From the human T2T-CHM13v2.0 reference genome, Homo sapiens: a stretch of DNA of 64,000 nt. The DNA is taken from contig CP086569.2 in NCBI GenBank assembly GCA_009914755.4, forward strand, positions 13,664,001-13,728,000, given 5' to 3'. Shown one piece after another: positions 15,641 through 29,279 of this stretch (position 1 is the stretch's first letter; every line of letters starts with the position of its first letter). A model generated the notes under the pieces. The model saw only the letters and a list, made by a program, of their open reading frames with translations. It was not told the DNA's origin and did not search any database. Both the position numbers and the translations under genes were made by a program.

Positions 15641-16753
15641 TTTTAACAATGATAGAGACAAAAGCAACCTCTAACTATGTATAATAACATTACTTTAAAT
15701 GGGATAAGTAAAGTTGTCTGTCCTTTAAGCCAAACCTATGTTCCAAACTGAATTTACTCAGTAATACATAGCTTTTAATGACATGTATTTTTTTATGTAT
15801 GTATAGCTTGAGTATTGAGAGATCTCTTAGAAATGCAGTTTACCATACTATTGCAAGAAAAGTATTTGAATAAGTATACTAAGAAAAGTTGCCAGAACTA
15901 TTTATCAGTGTTTTATAAAATTTACTGAATTCATTGTTTCTCTCTATTAATTCTGGGATTAGTTTTCTTTTTACAGAGCATGTAATTCTGTTTGCTGATC
16001 AATCAGATAATTTATGGGACAATATTTATTTGACATAAAGTCTGTTTTTTTTTTTATTCAGTCAGTTCATAACTATTGAGGATTTTACGGTCTGCCAGAT
16101 AGATCTCATCTTTATTATAGGATTTCAGTTTGCAAAATATTCTAGTATCAGGTTTTCTGACACTTGTAGTACCTTTTTTTTAACCACATAGAAAAACAAT
16201 CTGCCTCTTAATATTGAGTATCTCTTCCAAAGTGAGCCATTGTTTTTGGTAAATGTGTTCCTTAGGTTTATTGGGTTGGAAAAATTAGTTAGAATTTATT
16301 CATTCTATTAGTAAAGTTTAGAATCAGATGACCTTCCAGAGTTCATATTACAGTACTACAGTTAATCAAAGGGGGAAGCTATAAGAGCTAATGCCGGCTG
16401 TATATATTTGGCCTTGTGCTAATCACTTTACTCATCATGACAGCCTTGTGAGGCAGGTGTTAACTCCTCATTGGGATTCCATTTGGGGAAAACAAAGTGC
16501 TTTGAAATCACACAGCTGGTATGTGATAGAGACCAGATTACCCATATAGAAGTTTTTAAAAGTGTCTGCCCTATGACACCAGTGAATTTTCAGACATTTA
16601 CACTGAAACGTTAGTTTACAAACTGCTGTGTTTCATCTTGCTGGATCTCTTGTTGCTCATTTATAAATTAGGATGAGAGAGATTAGGTAGATTTAATCTA
16701 GGTGGTCCCTTCATGCTCAGCACTCTTACAGAGATATTAACAACTTAAAATTA

Positions 16754-17068
<315 letters not shown>

Positions 17069-17860
17069 GATCCAGAAGAAGAAACCTTCTGCTATTAAAT
17101 AAAAACACCACACTCTTTTTGGAATAAAGCCACTGTCATTTTGTTAACTAAGTGTGAAGTTATTATTCAAATTAAAATAAACTTATTTTTCCTTTCATTG
17201 TCATTCACAGAAATAGTAGACAGAGTGGGTGGAAGAGTGCTAAGAGAAAGTGGAAGCCAACCAAATAAAGAGACTGCTTAAAGCAGACTAATCATTGTTT
17301 TATTGTAGTGAACTAATAAATAGTGAAACAACTAAAAAGCTCGAGGACATCACTGAGGACACACTAATGATTACAGAGATAGACATAATTTTTAATTACT
17401 GGTGGATTTTTTGTTTCATATGGCTAGTTATGAGTGCAATATTTTCAGAAATGTAAGCAGTTTAAGCCGCTTTAAATTCATGGTGATATTTAGTTATCTC
17501 TGAAAGTCATTTAGTGTAATAACCTTATTTTGCAATGATATAATTTAAGGGAGAGCTAAATCAGTATTGGGTTTCAGAAGGAGAGCTGAAAATGAGGAGA
17601 AGTCTTCTTACTTAGGGCACATCACCCAGCAAAGTTGCTGGCATTTTGTAGCTGCCTCATATATATTTGTTAAACAAATGTGAATACCTGACACATTTTA
17701 AATTCCAGATATGTGTTTAACAAATTATTTTGAAAGAATTCATATTTTTAAAGCTGTAATTAAAATATAATTGTGGTGAAGTATTATGTTGTGCCTGTCA
17801 AAACTTGCTTTGCAGGAAAAAACTATGTTGACCCTAATTACTGATTTATGTTTCTCCAAG

Positions 17861-18203
17861 ATTTTTACTGAAGGATGGCCAACTGTGGCTCTGTGCTCCT
17901 CAGGCAAAACAAATATGGAAGTGCTTAGCAGAAAATGCAGTTTATCTTTGTGATCGTGAAGCCTGTTTTAAGTGGTATTCCAAGTTAATGGGGGATGAAC
18001 CAGACTTGGATCCTGATATTAATAAGGACTTCTTTGAAAGTAATGTACTTCAGCTTGATCCTTCCCTTTTAACTGAAAATGGAATGAAATGCTTTGAAAG
18101 ATTTTTCAAAGCTGTCAATTGTCGAGAAAGGAAACTAATAGCAAAAAGAAGATCCTATATGATGGATGATTTGGAATTAATTGGACTAGACTACCTTTGG
18201 AGG
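17861..18203 (+). CDS. USP9Y: USP9Y coding exon (R)[114 protein letters not shown]
   Basis: Acceptor ttctccaag|A. Donor tggagg|gtaagt. 343 nt open frame. Strong USP9 identity. Confidence 0.9.
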
Positions 18204-18467
18204 GTAAGTGAGTAGTAAGAACTTTCATATGCCAACATTGTACCTGAGGTTACTTTTTAAAAATAATTCAAGAGTCATAATTTTGCCTGAGAATTTCATG
18301 GCTATATTCTGTTTTGATGCTTGTCCTAGAAATCTAGGTGTGCAAGGATAATTGCTCTTCTTTACCTTCTTATATTTTATTCATTACTGGTTTTTTCTCT
18401 CACCCTGTTGTACTAACTTAGAATCTGTCACCCTTTTCAGATGTATAGAATTATAGTAGGCTGGGTG

Positions 18468-18764
18468 CGGTGTCTCATGCCTGTAATCCCAGCACTTTGG
18501 GAGGCCGAGGCAGGCAGATCACAAGGTCAGGAGACGGAGACCATCCTGGCTAACACGGTGAAACCCCGTCTCTGCTAAACATACAAAAACAAAATTATCC
18601 GGGCGTGGTGGTAGGTTCCTTTAGTCCCAGCTACTTGAGAGGCTGAGGCCAGGAGAATGATGTGAACCTGGGAGGCAGAGCTTGCAGTGAGTTGAGATTG
18701 CGCCACTGTACTCCAGCCTGAGGACAGAGCGAGACTCCGTCTCAAAAAAAAAAAAAAAAAAAAA
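18468..18764 (+). mobile_element. Alu
   Basis: aggctgggtgcggtgtctcatgcctgtaatcccagcactttgggaggccgaggcagg… plus a ~25-nt poly-A tail. Confidence 0.9.
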
Positions 18765-19748
18765 GAATTATAGTAACCCTCTACATGCTGACTACATCTT
18801 CTATTCTCCCCTCCTTTGTGAAAGTTATTCTCTCTTTTTTATATAAGATAGATCTTGAAGTTTATATGTATTTGATGCTGACATGAACGATGGACAGAAG
18901 ACTATTACTAGGATATCATTATGAATCAATACCTTTATTGATATTGTTCACTTTGTATATATTTAAATAGCTGGAATAAATGTTGCATGCTCATAAAGCT
19001 AACTTTCCCATATTAATAGTGTAATATATCTTGTTGCCATCTTGATATATCTAATCTGTTGTGTCACAGCTTATATTTGGGTTTTATTATTTACTTATTC
19101 TCTGGACAAACTTTATGTAAACTGAGAAGTTGCTACGGTGTTCCATTAAAACCAGTGGTTTTTGAAACATTTTAACTAGTAGTAACTCCTATCAATTAAA
19201 AAACTATATACAGGTAGTGGAAGTAAGAGAGGAAAGCTTGCATTTCTTTGCTTAGTTTCCCATTATTCATTTCCTTTCTGTCTTCAAACTCCCCAAATTT
19301 TCATTCCTGAAATACTCTAAGGTGCAAGGATTCTAAACTTAGTTTGAAAAACACTGATTTATTAAATGATTGGTAAAGATTTACAAAAATTGCTGGGGCC
19401 AGCAGGACAGCTCTATGTTAAATAGTATTTCTCGCACCTTTTTTTTTTTAGCATACTTGAATTAACCCTTGAAAACCTATCAGCTTGACTAACAAGTTGA
19501 CAAGTTAAATATTATCACTTGAAGTATTTGTGTCTTTCATTCTTAAGCAAACGGCTTTGTTCAGAAAACTTGTATTTTTTATTAATCTTTGAATTCTTAA
19601 GATCCCTTATTGTATATTAAGTATCAATCAACTTATCTTTAAGTTATTGAAGATTATATTAAAAATAATTAAGGATATGATTTAAATTTAAATACCAAAT
19701 TAAACTGTATCTTGAATGGTTTTAATACTGTAATATTTTTGGAACCAG

Positions 19749-19844
19749 GTTGTGATTCAGAGTAGTGACGAGATTGCTAACAGAGCTATAGATCTTCTTA
19801 AAGAGATATACACAAACCTTGGCCCAAGATTAAAAGCCAATCAG
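19749..19844 (+). CDS. USP9Y: USP9Y coding exon [32 protein letters not shown]
   Basis: Acceptor aaccag|GTT. Donor aatcag|gtgaga. 96 nt, phase 0/0. Confidence 0.85.
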
Positions 19845-20125
19845 GTGAGAATTGAAGTGCTTAAAAAGATCCACAACAATTGGGTTAAGTTGTTGGGTAG
19901 TATCTTTTTTAACCTGAAAATAACTAGAAAATAATCTTTAACTCTTGTCAAAAATATTTTTTCAGTGTTTAATCCACTTTTCTCCCTTGCCCAATGCTGA
20001 CTAAAGAAATGTTTCTTTGATAATTATCCTTAGGTGATTGAAATAATTTTAAATGTAATTATTCATTATCGTACGTTGAGATGGCCAGAACTTTGTCTTA
20101 GATTGGCCTTTTGTCTAGGCATTTG

Positions 20126-20409
20126 TTTTTTTTTGTCTTTTTGAGATTCCTGTCTGTCACCCAGGCTGGAATGCAGTGGTGCAGCCACAACTCAGCTACA
20201 GCCTGGAACTCCCAGGCTCAAGCTATCTCCCTGCCTCTGATTATAGGCGCACACCACCGCACCAGCTAATTTTTTTTTTCATTCTTCTTGTTAGAGATGA
20301 GACCTCACTATGTTGCCAGAGCTAGTGTCTAACTCCTGGGCTCATGCTATCGTCCCTCTTCAGCCTCCCAAAGTGCTGGGTTTACAGGCATGAGCCACAT
20401 GTGCCCGAC
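20126..20409 (-). mobile_element. Older, more diverged Alu (AluJ-like)
   Basis: tttttgtctttttgagattcctgtctgtcacccaggctggaatgcagtggtgcagcc… through …ggtttacaggcatgagccacatgtgcccgact. Many substitutions relative to the Alu consensus. Confidence 0.75.
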
Positions 20410-20419
20410 TGGACATTCA

Positions 20420-20718
20420 CTTTTTTTTTTTTTTTTTGAGATGGAGTTTCACTCTTCTTGCCCAGGTTAGAGTTCAATGGCGGGATCTTGGCTGTCTGAA
20501 CCTCCGCCTCCCAGGTTCAAGCAATTCTCCTGCCTCAGCTTTCCGAGTAGCTGGGATTACAGGCGCCTGCCACAACACCTGGCTAATTTTGTATTTTTTT
20601 AGTAGAGACGGTTTCACCATGTTGGTGAGGCTGATCTTGAACACCTGACCTCAGGTGATCCACCTGCCTCGGCCTCCCAAAGAGCTGGGATTACAGGCGT
20701 GAGCCACCACACCTGGCC
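20420..20718 (-). mobile_element. Alu with a target-site duplication
   Basis: Poly-T, then gagatggagtttcactcttcttgcccaggttagagttcaatggcgggatc… Flanked by the direct repeat acattcac(tt) at 20413-20420 and 20721-20730. Confidence 0.9.
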
Positions 20719-20926
20719 AACATTCACTTTTTAAAAACAAAATTGGTTTATACTTGCTAGTTTCACGTAATCAGTTTCCTTTTCAGGAAACTTGTGTTTT
20801 ACTACTGGGTAAATATGACTATGATTGAGTTACCTTTAAATTGACATTTTACTGCTTTTTATTAGATTGATGTCACATTTCATTTGTAAACAACCTGGAT
20901 TATCTGTATTTGTCCATTATTTATAG

Positions 20927-21138
20927 GTGGTTATCCATGAAGACTTCATTCAGTCTTGCTTTGATCGTTTAAAAGCATCATATGATACACTGTGTGTTTT
21001 TGATGGTGACAAAAACAGCATTAATTGTGCAAGACAAGAAGCCATTCGAATGGTTAGAGTATTAACTGTTATAAAAGAGTACATTAATGAATGTGACAGT
21101 GATTATCACAAGGAAAGAATGATTCTACCTATGTCGAG
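20927..21138 (+). CDS. USP9Y: USP9Y coding exon [70 protein letters not shown]
   Basis: Acceptor ttatag|GTG. Donor tcgag|gtttgt. 212 nt, ends in phase 2. Confidence 0.85.
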
Positions 21139-22296
21139 GTTTGTGTGAAGTTGATCTCTAGTGTTAATTTACAATTACTTAATATTTTCTTAGAAATTTA
21201 CTTAGGAAAGTAATAATAGGTTAAAAGGAAAGTGGGGGATATTCTTATTTCTGAATTCCAATATTCTCACCTTTAAAAACAGCTATATCTTTTTTAAAAA
21301 AGATGCTTTTTGATAGGGTACATTTTTATTTTGATTTATATTTTGGTAAGGTATTTCACTCCTTAGTTAACAGTGTCTCTTTTATTTTTCCAAGTTGTTA
21401 TCATTCCTTAAGTGTGATAGAGTTATTTTGCATTTGATGGTTTTTTTATTTGAACGTTCTTAAAAATAAAATTAAGAACTGCTTATTAAGCCAGTATGAG
21501 AAGGAATATTTTTAAATGGTGTTTGCTAAAATTCCTTTAAATTTAAAAACTAATTACCATAAAATAATTAGATGATCTAATAGTCAGATATTAATATAAT
21601 CATAAATTATATCCAAATTCTATAGCATGTGATACGAATAATAATCATATAACTAAATCATATAAGTATAACTAAAGTCAGTTACTTATTAACAATTTAA
21701 TGGCAATTACAGTTTTGGGGAAAGTTTACAGAATGAGCACAATCACGTTTTTTAAAAGTCTGATTCCACTTTCTTAACTGAAAAAATGTAAAATTGCTTT
21801 TTAATACTGTTTATTTTGCATCTTACCTATCAGAAGAGAATAAAGTAAGCAAGATTATACCAAGATAAATATTTTGGGGTATATTTTGACAGAAATGTGC
21901 ATTTTAGCATTTTTGTTGATATGTTCAAGCCGAAACTCATATTCCGTGTTTGAAAATAGTCTTAGTGAGTTGAGTTTTGTGGCATGAAAATAACTGAAGC
22001 ATTATTCATGTCTGTTGTGATCTATCATAAGTAGGAAGCTTTTTTTCAGCCTTCACAGAGATAAGATTAACAACAGAATTTGATTATTGCATTTCCAAGA
22101 TTGTGATGTTTGTTCACTGTTTAAAAGAAGCATGGTGTTCTAAAGATCCTAAATACAAAATAAGTTGTTTTAACTGTCATCCTCTGACTTAATAATAAAA
22201 TATTAAATTTTCAGGGTTTTTTTTAGCAGTCTGCTGAATATCATTGTGGTTTTTTCTTTTTTTAAAATTCTTTTTATTTACTTATTTATTTTTCAG

Positions 22297-22537
22297 AGCA
22301 TTTCGTGGCAAACACCTCTCTCTTATAGTTCGGTTTCCAAACCAGGGCAGACAGGTTGATGAGTTGGATATATGGTCTCATACGAATGACACAATTGGTT
22401 CAGTACGGCGATGTATTGTTAATCGTATTAAAGCCAATGTAGCCCACAAAAAAATTGAACTTTTTGTGGGTGGTGAGCTGATAGATTCTGAAGATGACAG
22501 AAAGCTAATTGGACAATTAAACTTAAAAGATAAATCT
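22297..22537 (+). CDS. USP9Y: USP9Y coding exon (R)[80 protein letters not shown]
   Basis: Acceptor tttcag|A. Donor aaatct|gtaagt. 241 nt. Confidence 0.9.
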
Positions 22538-22883
22538 GTAAGTAAATACAGCTTTTAAATAAGTCATGAAACTTAAATGTTGAGGCTATATTAGTAAGCC
22601 TCAACATTTATTATTAACGTATTATTTAGTAAATGTCTGTTGGGCATCTAACTATTATGTACAAACTTCTGTGTTGGTATCTAGATTATAATCACCTTGA
22701 ATAAGATAGATGTCACAGAACTTAAAGGAAATACAATTAAATGGTTATGTTAGACAGTAATTTTTAAATGTATTTCTAAAATTAAAGCCTAAGGTGTATT
22801 TTAACCTTTCAATGTATCTAGTTCCCATTACTTGTAGAAATGTTTTGCCTTGTCTTTGCTAATAAACACACTGTTATTTTCAG

Positions 22884-23033
22884 CTAATTACAGCCAAACT
22901 TACACAAATAAATTTCAATATGCCATCAAGTCCTGATAGCTCTTCCGATTCCTCAACTGCATCTCCTGGAAACCACCGTAATCATTACAATGATGGTCCC
23001 AATCTAGAGGTGGAAAGTTGTTTGCCTGGGGTG
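22884..23033 (+). CDS. USP9Y: USP9Y coding exon [50 protein letters not shown]
   Basis: Acceptor ttattttcag|CTA. Donor ggggtg|gtgagt. 150 nt, phase 0/0. Only 346 nt downstream of the previous exon. Confidence 0.85.
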
Positions 23034-23803
23034 GTGAGTAATTCTCTATTCAAAATATGAAGAAATGTGTAGAATAGTTCTTTTTCTGAGGAGCTTCATA
23101 GATTTATAGAGATTCATAAATGGGTCAAAATGTCAACGGTATAGTCAACTGTTAACTTCTGAGTGAATTTCTTAGTTGTAGGAATTTATAATAAAATTAT
23201 GTAGGTAGAATTAATCTGTTATAGCTTACGTATGGTATTAAATATATAGCTCTAGAAGGTACTACTATATTTTCAGTCTTTTAGGATAGTTTTAAAGAAA
23301 AATAGGATGTATTATTTTCTATGATTCTTAGAAATACATCTCATATGTAAAGGAACAACAGCTTCTACCTTTCTTAGCCTTTCCCTCAGCCTCTTAAAAA
23401 TTATGCCTACAATTATACCAGTCACTTCAGCATTAGGGAGGTTTAAGTCTCTGAAAAAATTGGATTAGGAATTTAATTCCTGAGGGAGTGAGGTGCCTTT
23501 TGTATAATCAGCATCTGAGTACTATGTGAAACTACAGTTTACAAAAAAATCGAAAAACTGTTGCAATGAAATTACTCAAAGTATATTAGAAAGCTTAATA
23601 TGTAATGTATAAATTTGCATGTTGAATCAATGGATTTATCAATGTAAAAATAGTCATTTGGGGTGGTATAAATGGTATATCCAGAAATGTGATTGACCAA
23701 TAGAAACCTTATTTGAAGGATAGAGAGTGGATAAATTTTCATTAACAAAAAACTTTTTGTAGCACAATTTGCAGGTAAATATTTTGTATATTCTGTATTC
23801 TAG

Positions 23804-23924
23804 ATAATGTCAGTGCATCCCAGATACATCTCTTTCCTTTGGCAAGTTGCAGACTTAGGTAGCAACCTGAATATGCCACCTCTTAGAGATGGAGCAAGAG
23901 TACTTATGAAACTTATGCCACCAG
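23804..23924 (+). CDS. USP9Y: USP9Y coding exon [40 protein letters not shown]
   Basis: Acceptor tattctag|ATA. Donor ccag|gtaaga. 121 nt, ends in phase 1. Confidence 0.85.
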
Positions 23925-25349
23925 GTAAGAAAATGGTCCATCCCCCTATTCCACAGAAAGGATGCTCATAACTACATGATGGATGAAAAAGAAAATATTA
24001 ACAAATTCTGTTTGCAAATCTAATATACTTTGTGGAATAGTCTCTAATGTTGAACATGTGTCTTTCATAGTGTTGCTGATGAAAATATTTTCATGGATGG
24101 GAAAATATTTAGGAGCATGTAATTTTCATGAAATACTTCTAGAAAACTAATACTTCAGAAAGTCAGGGTTCTTTCAAGGCTCCCAGTGATGAACAACAGT
24201 CTCCTACCTCATCCATCTATCAAAGAAAACTCACCCTCAAGGTTTACCTTTCATTACTGGATATACCACTTTTTTTCTAAGCACTATGCCCATGCTATTT
24301 TTGTGTGTCAGGTTTTAGACATTAAGTATTGACTTGTGAAAATGTATTTCTTATGCGTTACCGCATCCTTACTCTCTGGTCATGTCACAGTTTTTGTTTA
24401 AATCTATATGCATTGTTCACATTTTTAACACAATGTGAAAATACTACAATCTCCTAAGTTACTCACACATGATTATACTAGATTTTAATATTGCCTTTAT
24501 CATTTGCTTGGTTTTCTTGGTGTTAATTACTAAATTTTCTCATACTCCTTCCAGTAATTTCCTACAACAATTGTTCATGTGGTCAGATCTGTTATATCAT
24601 GTTTTCTTGGAGCATTTCATCTTCCTGCTGCCTTGTGCTTTGTTCTCTTTGACACAGCTATCATTCTGGGACTTCTGTATACAGCCTTTCCTTTGGTGGT
24701 CTTCTGGTGCTCCTTGGTCTTGCATCTTTCTTGAGTTAATCTTCATTTTGCCGAAGCACACCCTCCTAAAAATCGATACATGGAAAACAAGATTTTTTTG
24801 TTAAGACATTACTTTTCTGAATGCACCTAAACTCTCCCACATGCAGTAGTTTATTATTTGGTTGTTTTGTTTTTTTCTATTTTTTTACTTGGAGTTGGTT
24901 GAACATAGAGCTGAAAGTAGAACATCTGCAGTTTCATGGCAATATTGGCTGCTGGGAGGACTGAACCTGTTGTGTCTTAACTTTCTGTCTAGAAGCTTTG
25001 TTTTTAACTCTTTAGTTCTGAAATCTAATGATGAAGTGCCTTGGAATGGTAGTTTTACTTTGATTTTTTTGTTGTTTGTTGTGTGTACTAAGTAATCAAC
25101 AGATCTTGTTAGTTGAAAGAGTAGTTTCTTCAGCTGTGAGAAATTGGTATTTTTGTATAAATAGCATCTGATTTTGAACTTACTGTCATTAAATGGCTTG
25201 TATTTCTTGGCCTACAAATGAGCCATTTTCCAGCTCCAAGACTAAATTGGCCATTTACCTGATCACTGATTTCTTTTAGTGTAACATGTTCCATAGAAGA
25301 TAAAATATGGGCTCTCTAACATATAAATAAAATCTACCATATGTATATG

Positions 25350-28022
25350 TCTATAGATGTGCCTTGGAGATACTGTGGTTTCCATTACCATACCACCACA
25401 ATAAAGTGTACCTCTCAATAAATCAAGTCAGACAAGTTTCTTTGTATCCCGGTGCGCATAAAAGTTTTTTACACTAGTATAAAACTAAAAGTTTTATACA
25501 CTATACACATAAAAGTTTTTTACACTATAAATGTGCAATGGCATTATATCTTTTTTAAAAGGTATACAGCAATTAAAAATACATTATTGCTAAAAAATAG
25601 TAACTATCTTGTGAGCCTTCAGCGAATTGTAACTTTTTGCCATTGAAGGGTCTTGCTTCAACATCAACTGCTGCTAACTGATCAGGGTGATGGTTGCTGA
25701 AGCTGGGGACATCTGTGTTGATTTCTTAAAAGGAGACAACAGTGAACTTTTCTGCTATTGACTCTCCTTTCTGGATAGATTCCCATGTAGCTTGGGATAG
25801 TATTTTATAGCATCTGACCCCAAGTAAAACTTATTTCAAAACTTGAGTCAGTCCTCTCAAACTCTGCTCCTGCGTTATCAACTAAGCTTATGTAGTGTAA
25901 TATTCTAAATCCTTTGTTGTCATCTCAACAGTATTCATATAATCTTTTCCAGGTGTAGATTTTGTCTCAAGAAACCACTTCGTTTGCTCAGCCATGTGAA
26001 GCAAGTTCATCTCTGTTAAAGTTTTATTGTGATATTGGCAGCAATTCAGTCACATCTTTAGGCTTCACTTCTAATTCTAGTTCTCTTGCTGTTTCCACTG
26101 TATCTGTAGTTCCTTCCCCGACTGATGTCTCAAAGTCATCCAACTTCTTCCAAACTCCCAGTAACGTTGTTATATTGACCTTTTCCCATGAATCGTGAAT
26201 GTTCTTAGTGGCATCTAGAAGGGAAAATACTTTCCAGAAGGCTTTCAACATAGTTTGCCCAGATTCAACAGAGGAATCACTGTCTATGGCAGCAACAGCC
26301 ATACAAAATGTAATCCTTTTTTTTTTTGAGACAGTTTCACTATGTCACCCAGGCTGGATTGCAGTGGTACCCTCTTGGCTTACTGCAATCTCCGCCTTTT
26401 AGGTTCAAGTGATTGTCCTGCCTTAGCCTCCAGAGTGGCTGGGATTACAGGTGTGTGCCACGACGTGCAGCTAATTTATCGTATCTTTTGTAGGAATGGG
26501 GTTTCACTGTTTTGACCAGGCTGGGTCTTAAGCTCCTGGCCTCAAGTGATCTGCCTGCCTTGGCCTACCCAAGTTCTGAGATTATGGGTGTAAGCTACCA
26601 CACCCAGCTATTCTTAAGTGATAAAGTGAAACTCACAATTACTCCATGGGCTGCATAATGGACATTGTGTCAGCAAGCAATGAAAACACCATTCATTTCC
26701 ACATACATCTCCGTGAGAGCTCTTGGGTTGCCAGATACATTGTCAATCAGCAGTAATACATTCAAAAAATCTTTTTTTCTGCATAGTAGGTCTCAACAGT
26801 GGCTTACACTATTCAATAGGCTATCCTGTAAACAGATGTGGTGTCATCCAGCCTTTGTTATTTTGCTTGTAGGGCACAGACGAAGTAGATTTCGCGTAAT
26901 TCTTAAGGACCCTAGGATTTTCGGGAATGGTAAATAAATATTGGCTTCAAATTAAATTTACCCATGACATTAGCCCCTAACAACAGAGTCAGCCTGTTTT
27001 ATAAAGCCTGGAAGCCAGGCATTAATCTCTCCTTTACAGTTAAGAAAGGTCTAGATGGAATCCTCTTCTACTACAAGGCTGTTTTGTCTGTACTGAAAAT
27101 CCATTTACTGTAGACACCATCGTCAATTATCTTAGCTCCATGTTCTAGGTAACTTGCTATAGCTTCACTTGGTGCTTCAACTTGTACTTTTATGTTTTAG
27201 AGATCGCTTCTTCCCTTAAACCTCATGAACTAACCTCTGCTAGTTTTAAGCTTTTCTTCTGCAGCTTTCTTTTCTCTCAGCCTTTATAGAATTGGAGAAA
27301 GTTAGAGCTTCACTCTGGTTTAGGCTTTGGCTTTTAATGGAAGGCGTGGCTGTTATTGATATATCCAGACAGCTAAAGCTTTCTTCTTCTTTTCAATAAT
27401 TCTGTTTCATTTTCTAATCTTTCCTATGTGTAGTGGAGCAACACTTCATTTTCTTCAAGAACTTTTCCTTTGCATTCACAACTTGGCTAACTGGTGTAAG
27501 AGATCCAGCTCTCAGCCCATTTCAGCTTTTGGCATGCTTTTCTTACTAAGCTTAATCACTAGCTTTTAATTTAAAGTGAGAGATATGTGACTTCCTTTCA
27601 CAAGAACACTTAGAACATTGTAGGGTTATTAATTGGCCTAATTTAAGCATTATTGTATATCAGGGATAGGGCGGCCTGAGAAGGAGGACAGATGGGGAAA
27701 GACCAGTCAGTGGAGCAGTCAGAATGCACACAGCATTTATTAAGTTTGCTGTGATATACTGGTGCAATTTATTGTGCCCTGAAACAGTTACAATAGGAAC
27801 ATCAAAGACTGCTGGTTACAGATCACCTAACAGATATGATAATAATGAAAAACTTTGAAATACTGTGAGAATTACCAAAATGTGACACAAGACACAAAAT
27901 GACCACATTCTATTGAAAAAATGGTGCTGATAGACTTGGATGCAGGGTTACCATAAGCCTTCAATTTGTATAAAACACAGTATCTGCAAAGGATAGTGAA
28001 GTAGAGCACAATAAAGCCAGGC
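25350..28022 (-). mobile_element. Tigger2-like (pogo/TcMar) DNA transposon with a TIGD1-like transposase remnant and a nested Alu
   Basis: Terminal regions match Tigger2-type ends (…ccaccacaataaagtg…gcataaaagttttttacactagtataaaa… at the left end; …aaaaatggtgctgatagacttggatgcagggttaccataagccttcaatttgtataaaacacagtatctgcaaagg…caataaagccaggcttatc at the right end). The minus-strand ORF 26024..26302 reads AAIDSDSS…LKAFWK…LLDATKNIHDSWEKV…GVWKKL…ARELELEV…DVTELL, which matches the Tigger1/TIGD1 transposase C-terminal domain. The 5' end is truncated. Confidence 0.7.
26326..26610 (-). mobile_element. Alu nested in the Tigger2-like element
   Basis: tttttttttgagacagtttcactatgtcacccaggctggattgcagtggtaccc… through …attatgggtgtaagctaccacacccagc. 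Confidence 0.85.
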
Positions 28023-28046
28023 TTATCTATCTATCTATCTATCTAT
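28023..28046. repeat. (TCTA)5 tetranucleotide microsatellite at the right edge of the Tigger2-like element
   Basis: ttatctatctatctatctatctatg. Confidence 0.9.
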
Positions 28047-29279
28047 GAATGAGATCACACCATTACCTCCAATTTTAGTTCAGTTCCGCAAGCTTCTTTT
28101 TGTTTCTTTTCTCTTTCCCTATACGAAAGTTTTGTCTCCAGGAGTGAGAAACCTGGCTGAGTATTATTCTTTAATATATTTACTTGTTTGATTAATCCTA
28201 TAGTTACCAATTATTTATCTTCTCTACCAACCTTTTCCTTGCCTAGATAACCTCCTCTTCACTTAGCTCTGGCTTCAGCCTCTAATGCCAGGCTGCCATG
28301 CAACATACAATTTAAGCAGAGTACTACTAGAAATAAGAGTTACTGACTTTGTGTATAATTTGGATGGCCCAGGTAGATGCCTCACTGTGACCAGCTCCTG
28401 TTTTGGAAGATATTAAGTATGCACAAAATGAAAAGAGAAATTGTTGGCTTAACAGCATTGAGATAAAGCAAGTGAATGATAGAATATTCTGAAACAGAGG
28501 GACTGCCATATAGGTGGAACATAAAAAGCATCAGCAGGTGATGTGGTCTGAGAGCATTACAAGGATGGGAATAGGTGTTCCCTTTTTATTTCTTAAGGTA
28601 GAGCTGAAAGCTTTTATGTATGTAGCACTCAAGCTAATGGTTTCTTTCTTTCTATCTGAAGGTTATACTTCTACTCTCTGGCTCTTCTTGCCTATGAGGG
28701 ATCCCATCTGCCAAGCTTAGCTTACACATTATACTAATATTATGACCCTCTTTGCCGATTGGAAATGAGCTAATTGGTATTATAGAAATGTGTTGTTATA
28801 CAACAAGCAAGCTTATTTCTCCAGCGCCTGTACCGAGTTTTGCTTGGTTTCTTCTGTTTTGCATGGTCGCCCCTGTCCACTGAATCTTTTTTTTCTTCTA
28901 TTAAAATATAACCAACTTTTGACATTGTAATAGTTTTAAAGTCATCATGAATAATACAGAGTGCTTCCATATACACTTCCAGATTCAGCAACTGTTAAAA
29001 TGTTGTCACACCTGCTGTATCATTCTTTCCTCCATATAATTCTTCTAACATTTGGAGAGGAAGTTACACATAACCTGTGTTTTTACCTAACTGTCTCAGT
29101 GTGTTTCCTTAGAACAAGAACATTCTCTTATATAACCACAGAAGAATTTATCAATATCAGGAATTACAACACCTTTGATGATATTGACATTGTTGAAAAA
29201 GACCAGTTTTGTACAATATTTCTCAAATTGGGCTTGCATGCCTTCTGACTATTACCATCAGGCAATTCACTTTTTAAAA

